Source of the DNA: Raillietiella orientalis | Taxonomy: Eukaryota | DNA: 64,000 nt | Direction of reading: 5' to 3' | NCBI GenBank assembly: GCA_036172245.1 | Contig: JAYWIR010000004.1 | Location: forward strand, 3,472,001 to 3,536,000 | In this document: piece by piece, positions 24,101 to 36,500 of the stretch | Position numbering within the stretch: position 1 is the first letter of the stretch | Layout of the letters: each line of letters begins with the position of its first letter | Translations under genes and position numbers: made by a program | Notes under the pieces: generated by a model | Database searches by the model: none | What the model saw: the letters and a program-made list of their open reading frames with translations, nothing else | Told to the model about the DNA's origin: nothing

Positions 24101-27100
24101 AATCCCCCACGCTCCGTGGACGCACGTCCACGCACCTCGTGAGGCGTGTCCCACATGACAGCGGTGCAGCGTACGCACGTGCGCGCATTCGTGAGGTGTT
24201 CGCGTACCTGTCCACGATGTCATCCCCTCAACCCCCCCCCCCCCCCTGCTTGCCCCTTCCCCCCGCACACGCACCGGAGCACTCGGGGCTGCAAACGAGT
24301 TCGTGATGCAACCACAAATGAGAAACCATGGATACGGCGGGTATTTTAATTGCATTGGGTAGTAGGACAGGAGCGGCTGGTTCATTGGTCGCCTACTTGA
24401 TGAAAGGATTTTTTTTTTTTTTTTTCCCTACAGGTTGGAGTCGAGGTGAAAGAGATGACGCGCGTGCACCGGATGGCGCAGCCGCAAGCGTGCGGGAGCG
24501 TCCGCTCTTCGCGTGCGCGTGGGCAACGGAATGCCAGCAGGCGCGTGTGGAGTTCATGCCCTCCCTACCACCCGTGTGGGGTGCCGGGTGCACGCGGCGC
24601 AGCAGCCTGCGTCTCCCTAATTAGGGAAGACGTCCCCCTTGGTTCCGGACACGCTTCTTTTTTTTTTTTTTTTCTCAAGCGCGATCATCCCGCACCGCCT
24701 CCTGCTCGAAGAGAAGCTGGAGATGGACCCCCAGCGCGACGCGTCCCGCTCGTTAGCCAGACTTCCCTCCTCATCCTGCGCGCCCCGAGCACATCGGAAC
24801 GGTTCGGGCTGCGACTCTCGGGTATGCTGGCGACTAGCAGGGACCTCGAGAAGCACCGAGGCCGAGGATCGCGGGATGCGGACTCGAGTTCTCCTTGGCG
24901 ACGGGGAGCTGGCGCTCCTGAGATGCTGCTCCGCCGTCCGCCGCCTGCCTGCTTCGTTGGTGTGCCGACCAAGCTGCAAACCAACGTCCTCAGGCGGGAT
25001 GGAAGATCAGCTTTTCTCGGATGGCCGAGGGCCTCAAGCGCGCAAGCGCGAGAAACGGCTGGTCCCTGGCACCTGCACGCGTGAGAAGTGGCGTCGGCCG
25101 TGGGAGAGGACGCCGAGCGAGGGCAAAGCGGTAGAACTCGGTCAGAGGCGCACGCTCCAAGTGGACGCTGGAGCAAACAAATTCCGAGCAGGTGATTCGT
25201 CCCTCCGTGCTGCGCTCGCATCCGGTCTGATGCGGGCATTCTGACAAGTCCATCGACGCCACCGGGTCAGACGACGAAGGGGTAGCGAAAGAAGGAGGAG
25301 GAGGAGGAAGAAGAGTAGGAAAGACAGAGAAGGATGTGGGAGGCACTCAATCTTCTCTCGTCTCAGGCTCGGGGAGCGCTACGGGAAATGGATCCTCTTG
25401 CCCGTAGCGCGTCCCGGAAGGGGACCGCGCCCCGGGGAATTCCCTCGAAGAAATGGACGCGAGCCGTCGGCGCCGCTGCCACGAGTCACCCAGCCCGCGG
25501 AGAACCAGGTGATGCGGTGAGCTCGCCATTGCAAAAACTCGGTCTCATGTGGGAGAGAGGAGATGTTCTCCCGCATCCGAGAGAGATGACTAGTGCTTCG
25601 CGCCGGATCCCATCCATCACTCGTAGTGGCTGGGATCTGATGGGCTTCGGCCTAGAGAGGAACATCCTGCGGCAGCGCGGAGAAACTCTTCGGGTTGACT
25701 ATAGTCGGAAAGGAAAGGGGGAGGAGGGGGGAGTAGCGTTTGGGAGGGTCCCACGGTCATCTCCGGTTTCCGCGGAGATGCGGACATCTCCGGAGCCGAA
25801 TTCCCGACGAACTGGTGGAAAGGATTCCTGAAAGAGGGAAGAAGAGGAAAGAGACTTGCCACCTCCTGCATGGGAAGCGAGGGCCGGAGAGAAGAAATTC
25901 GGGCAGCTCGCGAAACCTCAGGGAGCAGCGTGAGCTCACGTGAGAAGCCGCTGTTCCCCCCCTTTCGCGCAATCTGACGGGAGACTCCCGCCGGAGCGCC
26001 GAGCTCTCAGAGGAACCTCGGGAGTTCCGCGGCTGCTGCTGACCGGTGCGGCTGGCTCCGGGCGCTTCGCGTCCGCTGGAGCACCACGGAGGAAAGCGCG
26101 CGTTGCCAAGGGAGGATCGCAGGCAAGTGGCTCGTCTTTGAAACGGGGCGGTGCGAAGCGTCTGCTGAAGTCTTCCGCGGAAGCTGCGCGTTGGCGTTGG
26201 AGAGGTGATGGCGACCGCGGCTTTCTGACCGCCGTCCAGATGAACGAACGCCGCCTTCCCGCACGCGGCTTCCCGCTACGGGAGGACGCGCGCGGGAAGA
26301 GGGGCGGAGGGGGGGGGGGAAGGAGACCTGCCCTCTCCCCCCTCTTTTCCCTTCCTTCCTTCGCTTCCCTTTTCACAGCTTCCCGGCTGTGTCGAAAGAG
26401 AGCTCTCCTTTCCTTAAGCTCTCTCCGCGTTCGACTTCGGCGTCAAGTAGAACGGACGCAGTGGCGAGGGTGTTGCACGAAAGCTCCCGTCGGTAGACAG
26501 CCTGCTCCCAGGAATCCTTCGCGCGAATCGGCAAGGAGAATGCGCTGCCGCAGGTGGGTCCGAACTGGGCGTTGGGGTCCCTGTGCAAGTCTGCAGTCCA
26601 TCCTCCTCCTCTTTGCGCTCTGCTCTTCCTTCGGGAAGTGCGGAGAGGTCTCTCCTCTGCCCCCCCCCCTTCAGTCGCTTGACCTTCCTTCCGGCGTCCC
26701 GACAACCCGGGTGAAACACGGCGGCCACGCCCCCAGTCCGGGGCGCGGTCCGTCGCCTCGGCTCGCCCTTTACCGCTGCGACCGCCCGGCGGGGAGCAGC
26801 TCGCAGGCCGGGGAGGTCGACGTGCTCGCGCGAGGAAGTCGGGACGCTTGGCGGGGATGGCACCAGAGGCTCCTCCGTCCCTTCATCTCAGAAGGGGATG
26901 CAGGCGCTCTGTCGCCTCCGGCGCTCCGGAAGGGAGCGAAAGGTGGCGCTTCTCCGGATCCTTCGTCCTGCTGGACCTGGGTCAGATTGTCAGCAGCTGC
27001 AGCAGCAGCAGTAACGCCGCGGTGCCATGCGCCTTTCAGCTGGACGCGCCTGCCTGCCTGCGGGACGCGGGCATCGGTTCGGGAGGCAGCGACCCGTGCG

Positions 27101-29149
27101 CGGGCGAAGTGGCGCTGCCTCCCCCGGTAGCCACGTGTGGAATTCGATCCCCCTCCTCGCTTCCTCTCCTCCTCCCCCGCGACGAGCGAGAACCGAGCTG
27201 CTGCTGCTCGAATGCAGGAGGTGGGGGTGGGTGGGGGAACCTTCCGCAGCAGGTAAACGAGAGGGGGGAGGGGGAAGTAGAGCCGCCTGAGTCTCCCCGG
27301 CAACCCCCGATGCGCGCGGCGAAAGGGTGGGAGCTCGCGAACGTCGTTCCCGTGGCCGCGGATGCCCGCGCGAGCGGAGGGCGATTCCTCTTTTGTCCCC
27401 TCCTTCTCCTGGACGGAATCGGGGATGTGGGGCGATCGGCCGACACGCTGCACTCTCGAGGAATGAGGAGACCCGCGCCCGTTGTCTCCGACCCGGGAGA
27501 TGCGTCCTCCGCGCTCTCTTCTTCTCCGCCTCCCACCTCTCCGCTCTCTGCCTTTCCACCTTCCTCTGCTGCGCTGCCGAAAACGTCCCGCGGGACACGA
27601 GCGGCGCCTTCCTCGCGGGTCTCGAAAGGTGGGGGCGCATCGTCTCTGGGCAGCCTCCTCCTCCACGGAGAGGACGCTCAGAGACGGAGAAGAAGGGTGG
27701 GGGAGGCAGAATGGGGAAGGAACCTTTCTTCCCATCTTGGAGCGAAGGAGGGAGAGGCTGTCCGCTCGCACCCGCCTACTCGGGAATGCACCCCGAGGGA
27801 GCGTTCCGCTTTTCAGGTTTTCATCCCCGAGGTTCTGGCCGTCCTGCTTAGAGGGACGAAGGCAAGGACGAGCAGGGAGGCGGAAGGGATGAAGGGGGGA
27901 GAGGATGGTGAGCCGAAGAAGTGACACCGAGGCAGGAAGATGTCTCTCTCCGTGCAGTGACGCATCTCTGGAGGTCGGCGGAGTCGCCAAGGAAACTCCT
28001 GCCCCCTCCGTAACCTGATCTTGGTTGAGCATTGGGAGGATCCGCAGCGGATGATGTTTTGCGACCTCCAGCGACTCGGATGATGGGAAGGAGTGTTTTT
28101 TTCTAGCTCCTCTGCGTCCCCTCCTCAGCCCAGTTCGCAGCCTGGACCCCAACTGATGAGCAGAAGCTCAGGCTTGGCTCCTGGTGGCACGCAAGCATGC
28201 AGATGAACGTAGTCCCGATGCATATGAAATCCATAGTGCTCCGCGGGTTCTCCTGAAAGTCCACTGCTCAGATGCCCCAACAGAGGGCCGAGACCGGCCC
28301 TAGAGCATCGGGACGCTATATGCCTGAGCTCCGGTTCAGCCAAAACTCTACTGTAGCGGAGGGAAATGAAAAAGCTCCAGGCAGCGTCCCAGCTCCAGGA
28401 TGAAGTGATCTTCCTCCAAACAAAGGTGAGAAGCACCAGTTGTGGAGTCGGACCACTTTGGCTACTCGAAAGAAGGACACACAGATCCGGGAGCTTCCGA
28501 AAGACATGCACAGAGATGATGAGAGTAGGGATAAGGGCAGGGGCGCACTCGCGTCGATCCCCGGGTCACGGGGAGATAATTTACTAATTTAAGTAAATGG
28601 GTTTGGTGTTAGTAATTATCTGGAGTTTATTGGGCTTAAGTATGAGATTATTGATAGAAAATTTCATTTTATAGTAATACATAAAAATACTAAAAAACAT
28701 TTAAGTAAAGGATTTGGAAGTACTAGGGGTACGTGTTTTTGTTTTGTATCAGAGTGAAATTAAAAACTGATATTTTATGTTGGATGCCGATGAGTTAAAT
28801 GGAATGACTGCTATGCGTAAGGAAATATGGTTGAATTTGACTATGGAAGTACTAGGAGTACTTGTTTTGTAAGGGCTGTGCTGGAGGTGTGGATGATGAT
28901 CGGGAATCTTGGGATGGAGCGCTGCAACCTGACTCCTGGTCTGAAGAGGAATTCCGGGACTTGGGACGGAAGAGGGAGAGGGACGAAGAAGGACGAAAAA
29001 GACTGAAAAAATAAGGAGGGACGAAGAAGACCCGGTGAGAAGGACGAAGAAGGCCGTAGCCCTTCCGGTATCCCGACCTTCTCAGAATTCCCCCGTTCTG
29101 TTTAAGATCCAGCGTGGGGGCGTGTTTTTGCCCGCTCCCCAGTTATCTG

Positions 29150-32100
29150 GACAGGCGTCTTTTTCCCGAGTGCTGGTGAGAGAAGCGTAGCGGTGGTTTC
29201 ACGGGAGCCGTGTCAGGAGACGTCACTCCAGAGAGGAAGGGTGAAGACCCCTTTCACCTCCAGACGGTGTAGGTGGAGGAGGACACGTCCTCCCAGCACA
29301 TCGCCCTCCCAGAACGAGAGGCTGTGCATCCAAGCGGCTGCCGGTGATTCCTTGGCAGTCGAGGAGGAAATCCTGGCCTACCAGACCCAGGGAGAGAACC
29401 GCTCCCTGAGGTGAGCAGGGTAAACGTGAATTGTGTGGCGTGACTCTTCGCGCAGGAGCTGCGAAAGCTCCCTGTCGCCAAGGAATAGCCTGTAGGGACC
29501 AAGTCGTCGAACTGACATCCGAGGATACCGGTCTTGTTCATCGCCTGATGAAAACTCCGATCACCATCGAAGGTTCCAGGCTCTTTCCCACGACGGAGAC
29601 CATTCTACTACAGTTTACTTCACCGGAGTAACTGCGGAGAGGGCTGAGGACGGTGTTCTTCGGGAGCTGTCCTCACAAGGACAGTGCACGCTCTGTGGCG
29701 AAGTCCAGTACCTTCCTCGGCTACAAGAGATTGCTTAGTGAGATGGCGGCCGTCCAAATCACCGCCCCGGAGAAAGTGAGGCTGCCTTAAGGACGACCGT
29801 TCGGAGGAGAATGCATTGACCTGTGTCCGAAAAACCCTGGATGTATTCGACGGTTCACTTCAAGAGGTATCCCGAAATGACGTGCCGCAGATGCGGAGAA
29901 GTGGGGCGCATCCACGTGGTCTGCCTCCCAAAGAACAATGGCTCAGCTTGCACCTCAAAGAGGAAGATTGCGAGCAAGAGCGAGAAAGGCGACACCATCA
30001 ATCGACAAACGAGGGAGGCAAGCGTTCTCCCAAAGCTGCCGAAACCCGCACAGCTACCCTCGGAAAAGAGTGCAAGCAAGGGTAGCAGTGAGAACTTCTG
30101 GAGAATGGTCCGAAAATCAAAAAATAAAAAAACAGAGAGACAAAACGCCTTTCCCCGCGGCGCGGAAAACACGCGAGACAAGCAGCCGAGTCCCTGCACG
30201 GGCGTTCAAATCGATCGCCCCACCGCGATCGCACCGCGCGAAACGCGACCGAAGCGCCGATCGAGGAAAGCGGAGAAGGATCGAGGTTGTCGACACCACG
30301 ACGGACGAGCTGCTCGGAAAGGACGGTGCCGCCTACTTCCAGGCTGTCGAGGAGCTGAAGGAAACTCTGCAGTTGTCCACCCGGGCATAAGGGGAGGCCT
30401 CGAGGAGGCCCCCAGCGGAGGCGCGGCGGCTCTCGGACTCCGACGCGGAAGCCGCCAGCGGAACGGAGAGCGCGACCAGCCGCAGGGTATCCGGACGATG
30501 GCCCGAGACCCCGAGAAGGCAGCTGTCCCCGAAGAGGGGTGAAGAGCCGGCTTCTGGAGAAGAGGCAATGTCCGTGGCATCGTAGGACTCCCCTCTGGAG
30601 GAAGCCCCGCGGTCGAAGGGTGAAAAAGAGGAACGGTCAGCTGCGATCGACCATATTCCCGTGTCACCTTCGGACGTCCCGCTTGCTCAGCAAGAGGAAG
30701 CCACACCCTCAGATTCCCGGCAACAGTTTCCGTCCTCTCGTCGGTCACGAGTGACCTGTTGAGGTGTCAACGGGCCGCGCGACGACGGAGAAAGGCGCAG
30801 TGCAGCGCTCGCCCTCCGATCCTTCCATCTGGCGCTCCTCCGAGAGGTCTGCAAGATCTCGGTGGATGGCGCCGTGGAGATCGGGCGTAAAGCTGTGCTG
30901 ACGGTGTGGCTTTGCCAGCTCGTGCGGGGAGGCCTCTCCTGTTGAGCCAGCAGTGGATTGCGTGGTGCGAGACGTGCGAGGGGACTGCCGAGCCGGACAA
31001 CTCGCGATCAGGCGGTCGATCGACCTCGTCGTGACCGACGTTGTGACCCTGCCAAGCGGTCCCGGTCTGTGCAGGGAAAGAGTCCGATTTTACGAATCCG
31101 AGAAGCGCGGATGGCTGGAGGAACGGTCCATCTGCTTGCAGACGATCTTAACCTCAGACCTCCCCGCGGCTGCTACCAACAGAAAGCATAGTCAGGTCGG
31201 CGAGTTGTGAGCGACGACGCACGCGTGCAGCCTATGTACTGGGGCATTCGGGATGGAAAGGAGCGTCGACCGACGAACACCGGGTGGGCAGCGAGGAAGG
31301 AATCAGTCGATATGCTGTCTGACCATGCCCGGATCGAGATCGAAGTGCCGTCTCCTCCGCGTGGCGCCTGCCAGGAGACTGACTAAACCTCCCGGAAGCT
31401 GCGGAGCACCTCCGCGGCTTCCTACCAGAATTGGCAGTATAGCAGCGCGAAGACTAGGACACCCTAAAGCTCTTGGTTCGAGAGTGTTGAGGAAAGTTCG
31501 CCGGTAAATCTCATGCCCGCCGGCTTCTGCAAGGAAATGCGAAACGAAAGGGCTTTCTTGTGGGCGCGCGGTCCTGGAAGCGGACGCCGGACGTCCGTCG
31601 CCTGGGAGGACTTTCGTGAGGGAACGATCGCCAGGCATAGCAGTCCGGCTCTCCCACCTTGACTGGACGAACAGAGCCTGGAATCCTTGGTCCCACCGCA
31701 AATAAGGCTCATTGTGAGCTCTTACTATGTCTTCCTTTACGCAAGGACATCTCTGGAACGGACTTCTGGTGGCATCTGCATCCCGAAGGCACTCCAGGGG
31801 AGGAGTTGCAGCGAAGCCTCAGCGAGTGTTTCACGAAGTCATCACCTCCATCGGGAGATCATGAGGCAGAAAGAGCCAGAAGAAGATGGAGGAATTTGCC
31901 AATGCTTTGAGGGAGAATTGACGCCTCTGGTGTCTCCGCTTTGCACGTCGATTCGGTAAGGAGGCGAGGTGTCCGTCACGTTTCGGTCAGCAAGAGTACG
32001 TCTCCTCCCTAAGGGGGGAGCCTTGCGAAACATTGGCAACTAACGTCCGATTGCCATGGTAAACGCGAACGCCAAATTCCTGGACAAGCTGTGGCCTGAG

Positions 32101-32660
32101 AGATGGGGCCTGTTGGCCGGATCCGTGAAAAGTCCGGAACAGTCCTACGCGGTTCCTGGACGAAGCAAGGAGGCCAACCTGTTTTCCTTTAAAACATGGT
32201 CGGAGTTGCAACAGCGGGTTGGGACCAGCCGCCACGCGAATCCTGCATTCTCCGACCGATAAGAACGAAAGGTCGTTTGGAAGCCAGCGCGCTGGGATCC
32301 CTTGTTTTCGTAGAAGACTTGCAAAAGGCAGTCGAGTGCGTCGACCAGAACTTCCTCTGGAGCCCCTGAAGCGCATGGGCTTCCTGGCCGTCTTCCTGGT
32401 GCCTAACTGCGCTCCAGCTAGCGCTATGCCCCTTGCTCTCCAGCACCTACTCCGAGTTGGTGCTGAGGGGATACAGGGCGCCGCTGGCAATCTGGACGAG
32501 CTCGTGCCTTGGCACGCCTGTGTATCGGTCTACGACCACGATCTTCTGACGCGTCTGCCTTTGATGGATTTGCCCGGAGGCATCGCTTGAGACTTGATCT
32601 GCTGGGGAACGGGCATGAGAGTGAACAGAATGAAGTCGAAGGTCGTGACGGCACCATTTT
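29150..32660 (+). mobile_element. Degenerate non-LTR retrotransposon, L1/Tx1 clade (ORF1 zinc knuckle, APE endonuclease, N-terminal part of RT); boundaries approximate
   Basis: Motifs in the expected order across frameshifts and stops. ORF1 knuckle CRRCGEVGRIHVVC (29883-29924, His lost). Endonuclease-like VNGPRDDGERRS..LALLRE (~30765), ERVRFYES, LLADDLN, LSDHARI (SDH 31318-31326). RT: LLPKGGALRNIGN*RPIAMVNANAKFLDK (~32000-32090), SPEQSYAVPGRS, DLQKAVECVDQNFLW..LKRMGF (~32316), and a decayed YADD as VSVYDHDL (32531-32542). Confidence 0.88.
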
Positions 32661-32699
32661 CACTCAGCTATGCCGGTGCGCCTATTTTCCAAACAAAGA

Positions 32700-33556
32700 A
32701 AAATAAACAGGTCATGTGGATCCACAAATCTATGAAAATTTGTGAAAAAAAATTCAAGAAAGAGGGAGGGGAGGGGGGAAGACCGCCAACTCGCAAGTCG
32801 GCTTCACAGAAGGGAGGAAGGGGGTGTAGTGGGAGGTAAAATAAACAGTTAAATAAAAGGAAGGAAGGACAGGGGTCACCGATCCCACCAGCTGCGTCTT
32901 TTGCAACTTGCGTACGATCCAGGCGGCGTCCTTCGTTCTGGAAACCTTCAAAGGCCATTTTGCCGCAGTCCTCATCACTTGGAGTCATAGAGCTGAGGCA
33001 TGCCTTCCTTCTTCCTTGCTGGAGCGCCTCCTCAGCATTCCAGGAATCCTCCTGGAGCAGTCCAGGATTGGGCGATCGGGGAAGCGTCCCGCGCGAAACA
33101 GCGCCACAGTAGCTCTCTCGGGGTATCTTCGGGTCGAAGTCGAGCAGCCGCGAGGCGTTTTGTCGCTCTAAAGGTCACCGCATTCCAACAGCAGATGCTG
33201 GGAGTTTCCATTTCTTCGGCAGCTGGCGCAGTTCGCGAAGGCGCTGTTCCTCGTCCAGTGATGCTACCGCCGGGTGCACGGGAAGTCCAGGCGTACGAAC
33301 CGCAAAGCCTCTTCGTGCGGGCCACCTGAGAGGGAGCGCAGAGCTGTCCAGACAGAAAGAGGGGTCGCAGTCTCCGACGGAGGAATGTCCAGGTATCTTG
33401 TCCAGAGGAACAGCTGTCTATTGAGCGTGCGCTGGGTGTCGCTGCGCCAGCCAGCTGGCCTGCCTTCCACTGGCTCCACTGAACGAAGGGAAGTGCTCGT
33501 GCCTTAACTGAGCCACAGCTTGTCCAGGAACTTGGCGTTCGCGTTTATCATGGCAA
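32700..33556 (-). mobile_element. Inverted, internally deleted fragment of the same non-LTR family (RT start joined to the C-terminal CCHC region and a pyrimidine-rich 3' tail)
   Basis: 33512-33556 is the reverse complement of 32051-32095 (43/45 identical). The minus strand then encodes CASC..QHLLLECG (33180-33230), typical of the L1-clade ORF2 C-terminal zinc finger. Confidence 0.75.
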
Positions 33557-36500
33557 CAGAGGAGAAGTGGGATCCTTTCCGCACCTGACACTGTTGCCTT
33601 CCTCCTCCTGATGCCTTCCCCCTCATCCTTGCCGCTCTCGACATCCCGTTCCCGCTGCCAGCCGGATGAAACTGGGAGAGTCGACGAAGGAGGGAACTAA
33701 GGAATGTGATCCAGGAGAAGGAAGAGACCCAAGACCAAGCATTCGTTTTCCTTTTCCCCGATGTTTCGCACAGGGACCAGGATCTCGGGATTTTTTGGCT
33801 CGCAGGACGGGGGAAAGAGACCGTGAACCTACAGAATTGCTCGAAATTCCGGGAGCGCTCATCGAGCGGGGCTCAGTTGGTCACAGCAAACCATCTTTCC
33901 TCCTCCTCTTCCTCTTCCTCCTCGCACGGCTCGAGCTTCGAGATTTCGGGATGGGGAAGCGTCTCCAGAAAGGCAGGCTTCCTCATCCTCCTCATTCTTC
34001 TTTCTCAAGGACCCACCGCGTCGAGTACTCAGCTGGAAGAAGGGAAGAAGTGGTCGTTGGCGGTGGGGGGGAGGACCGGGATCCTTCGATCAGGGTCCTA
34101 TGCAGCGAGGAGGGAAAGAAGCATCCAGCCTGGATTGGGAAGGCGGTAGAATAGAGCGCCCCCTTTGAAGGACTACCGAGAGGAGAATCTGAGGTCTCCT
34201 GCGGACCAGAGACAGAAGAGGAGGGGCAGGACATACCTCCGCGACCCCAAGATGATCGCCTGGGCTTCCCATGTGTAGCCGATACCCCCCAACACGATGG
34301 TGCGAATCGCCTTGGTGTCCCAGGAAGTCTCCCCTGTGATCTCTGAAACTGCCTCGGCATTCTCGCTGTCGTCCAGGCGAGACTCTGCGCCTCGACCCCT
34401 CCGCTGCGCTGAGATCAACTGCGCCACGCTGGAGGGGACTGGTTTCCAGTTTTCCGAAGCGGAGGGGGAGGACTGATTCTCCGTTCTCCCCTTCCTCTCT
34501 CCTTGACCTCTGGTGACGAAGAGGGCCAGCAGGGAAGCACGGAAACCTCATTTGGCCCGCGAATCCAGAATGGGGATGGGGGTTGTTCCTCGTGAAGCTC
34601 CCCGAAGTCTGTGGTTGAGAAGGATGATGGTCTATGGGGCAGGGGGGGGGGGGGTAAGCAAAGGGTTAAGTATCAGGGTGACCAGCCTCCTCCATCGGGA
34701 AGCGGCAGCCCTCTGGAAAGCGAGGTCCGGGAGGAGTCAGAGGGAAGAAGCGAGCCGGGGCGGCGGCTGGAGGAAGAGAAGGTTCCAGACGGAGGTTCTG
34801 CGCGGGCCCCTTCCCCCTGGCAATCCTGCCGGCAAAGGCGGAGAGGCATCTGGAAGAAGTCCTGCCGCTCGCCGCATTCAGGAGAGGCCAGGCGCTCCCT
34901 CAGCCCCCCTCCCTCATTCTCGAGGGTTCCTGCTCTCCCGCAGGTGCCCTCTACAAGAGCCGGGCTGCTCTGGGGAAAACACGTGAGCGTTTCTCCATGC
35001 GTCTACCTCTCTCCCAGCCCGTCCTCTCGCCTTCCGGTTCCGACTGACCAGGATCGGGCCGGTAGGCTCCGGGAAACCGGGATCCCTCTGAGCTTTTTGG
35101 TTCTTCCGGAATGAGATCCGCCCTACTCCTCTTTTCATCTCCCGGCTGGACTCCGTCCTTCTTCCCATCCTGGTCGCCTCCTTCCTGACGTCGCCTGTGC
35201 CTCGCTTATTCCTCCCCCGAAAGATTCCGACGGAAAGTGGCGCCAGGAATGCCTCGACCCGATTCGGTCCTGGCGCGGCGGCTGCAGGGAGAGAACTTGG
35301 AGGCTGCCGGAAGGCTCTCCCCCGGTCGTAGCCTTTCCAGAAAATGGTGGACTGGTTTCTCTCGCAGACTTGTCGCCTGGAGGCGGTCGATCTTCGCCCC
35401 GGGGCGTGGAAATCTCCGGCCACTCCTTTGCTCAGGGAGCAGCTCGCCTTGCCTCATCTCCCCCGGAGTCTTCGCGGGAGCTCGGTGGCGGAGTTTCTTT
35501 CTGGGCGGGTGGGTGGGTGAGACACCGGTCGCGCGTCGTCAAAGACGGGTGCGCTCAGCTGCGGCGGCGCTTCTGCGCCTTTCGGCGAGCGGAGGGGGCA
35601 GAGGCGGCAACTTCTAATAGACAGCAGACCACCGGGACTCTTCTCCTTCCGGCTGGGAGAGAGGTAAGGCAGGAAGAAGAAGGCGGGAAGGGGGGGCTGC
35701 TGCTGGCAGGGACTGAGCGAACGGGATGGCACGAAAGAAGCGAATTTTCCGCGTAAGGGGTGATGATGGGCGTGGCAATTCTGAGATGCACACGGAGAAG
35801 GGAGGGGGATCGGGCCTGTCACGGTGCGGGGGAGTGGGAGATCAAGAGGGGGAGGAGCAAGGAAGCCTCGCGAGGACCTCTCTGGAAGAAAAAAATTCCC
35901 AAAATTCCGCCAGCGTCTTGGAGTCCCCCAAGACTTGCAAGGTCTAGACCAATCTCTGGACAAGCGGGAATCGTGGAAGAATTACCCTGTGGCGATCCGG
36001 AGGATGGTTTTTCCCATTCCAGGAACCTCCTAACAAATCTCTTCCCGTCCTTTTATGCAGGATAGCGGCGTCGCTGCTACCTCTTTCGTGTTTCCCTCGA
36101 ACTTGCCAGCGCTCGCGGGGAAAGGTGGCCGGTTGGTGGTGATGACGGCGGCTAGAGGTCTCTAGGATCAGGCTGAGAGAGACCTTGCATGCATAAGAAC
36201 CCATCCTCCACCCCTACAACGCGTGCATCCCATTGTTTGTTGACACTTAAGGAGTGGAGGCGGACGCTCGGGTCCCAGTCTCCTAACGCCGCCCGCCGCT
36301 GGAAGGACGCCACCTGACAGCGCTGCCCTGAGTTCGAGCGGACGATGATGGTTGCTCTCGAAAGAGTGGCTCCCAGGTAAAGTGCAGAGTTCTTTGCTCG
36401 TCGTTCCCGAGGGGCGAGAGGGGAGGGAGCAGGCGGAGGAGGAGGGGCCCCGGCCCGCTGCTCTTTGGTTCCTTTCTCGTGGGCTTAGCTTTAGTTCGGC

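Noticed and set aside
23900..28200. ORFs of 350-460 aa on both strands
   Set aside because: Low-complexity GC-rich translations overlapping in several frames; no homology recognised.
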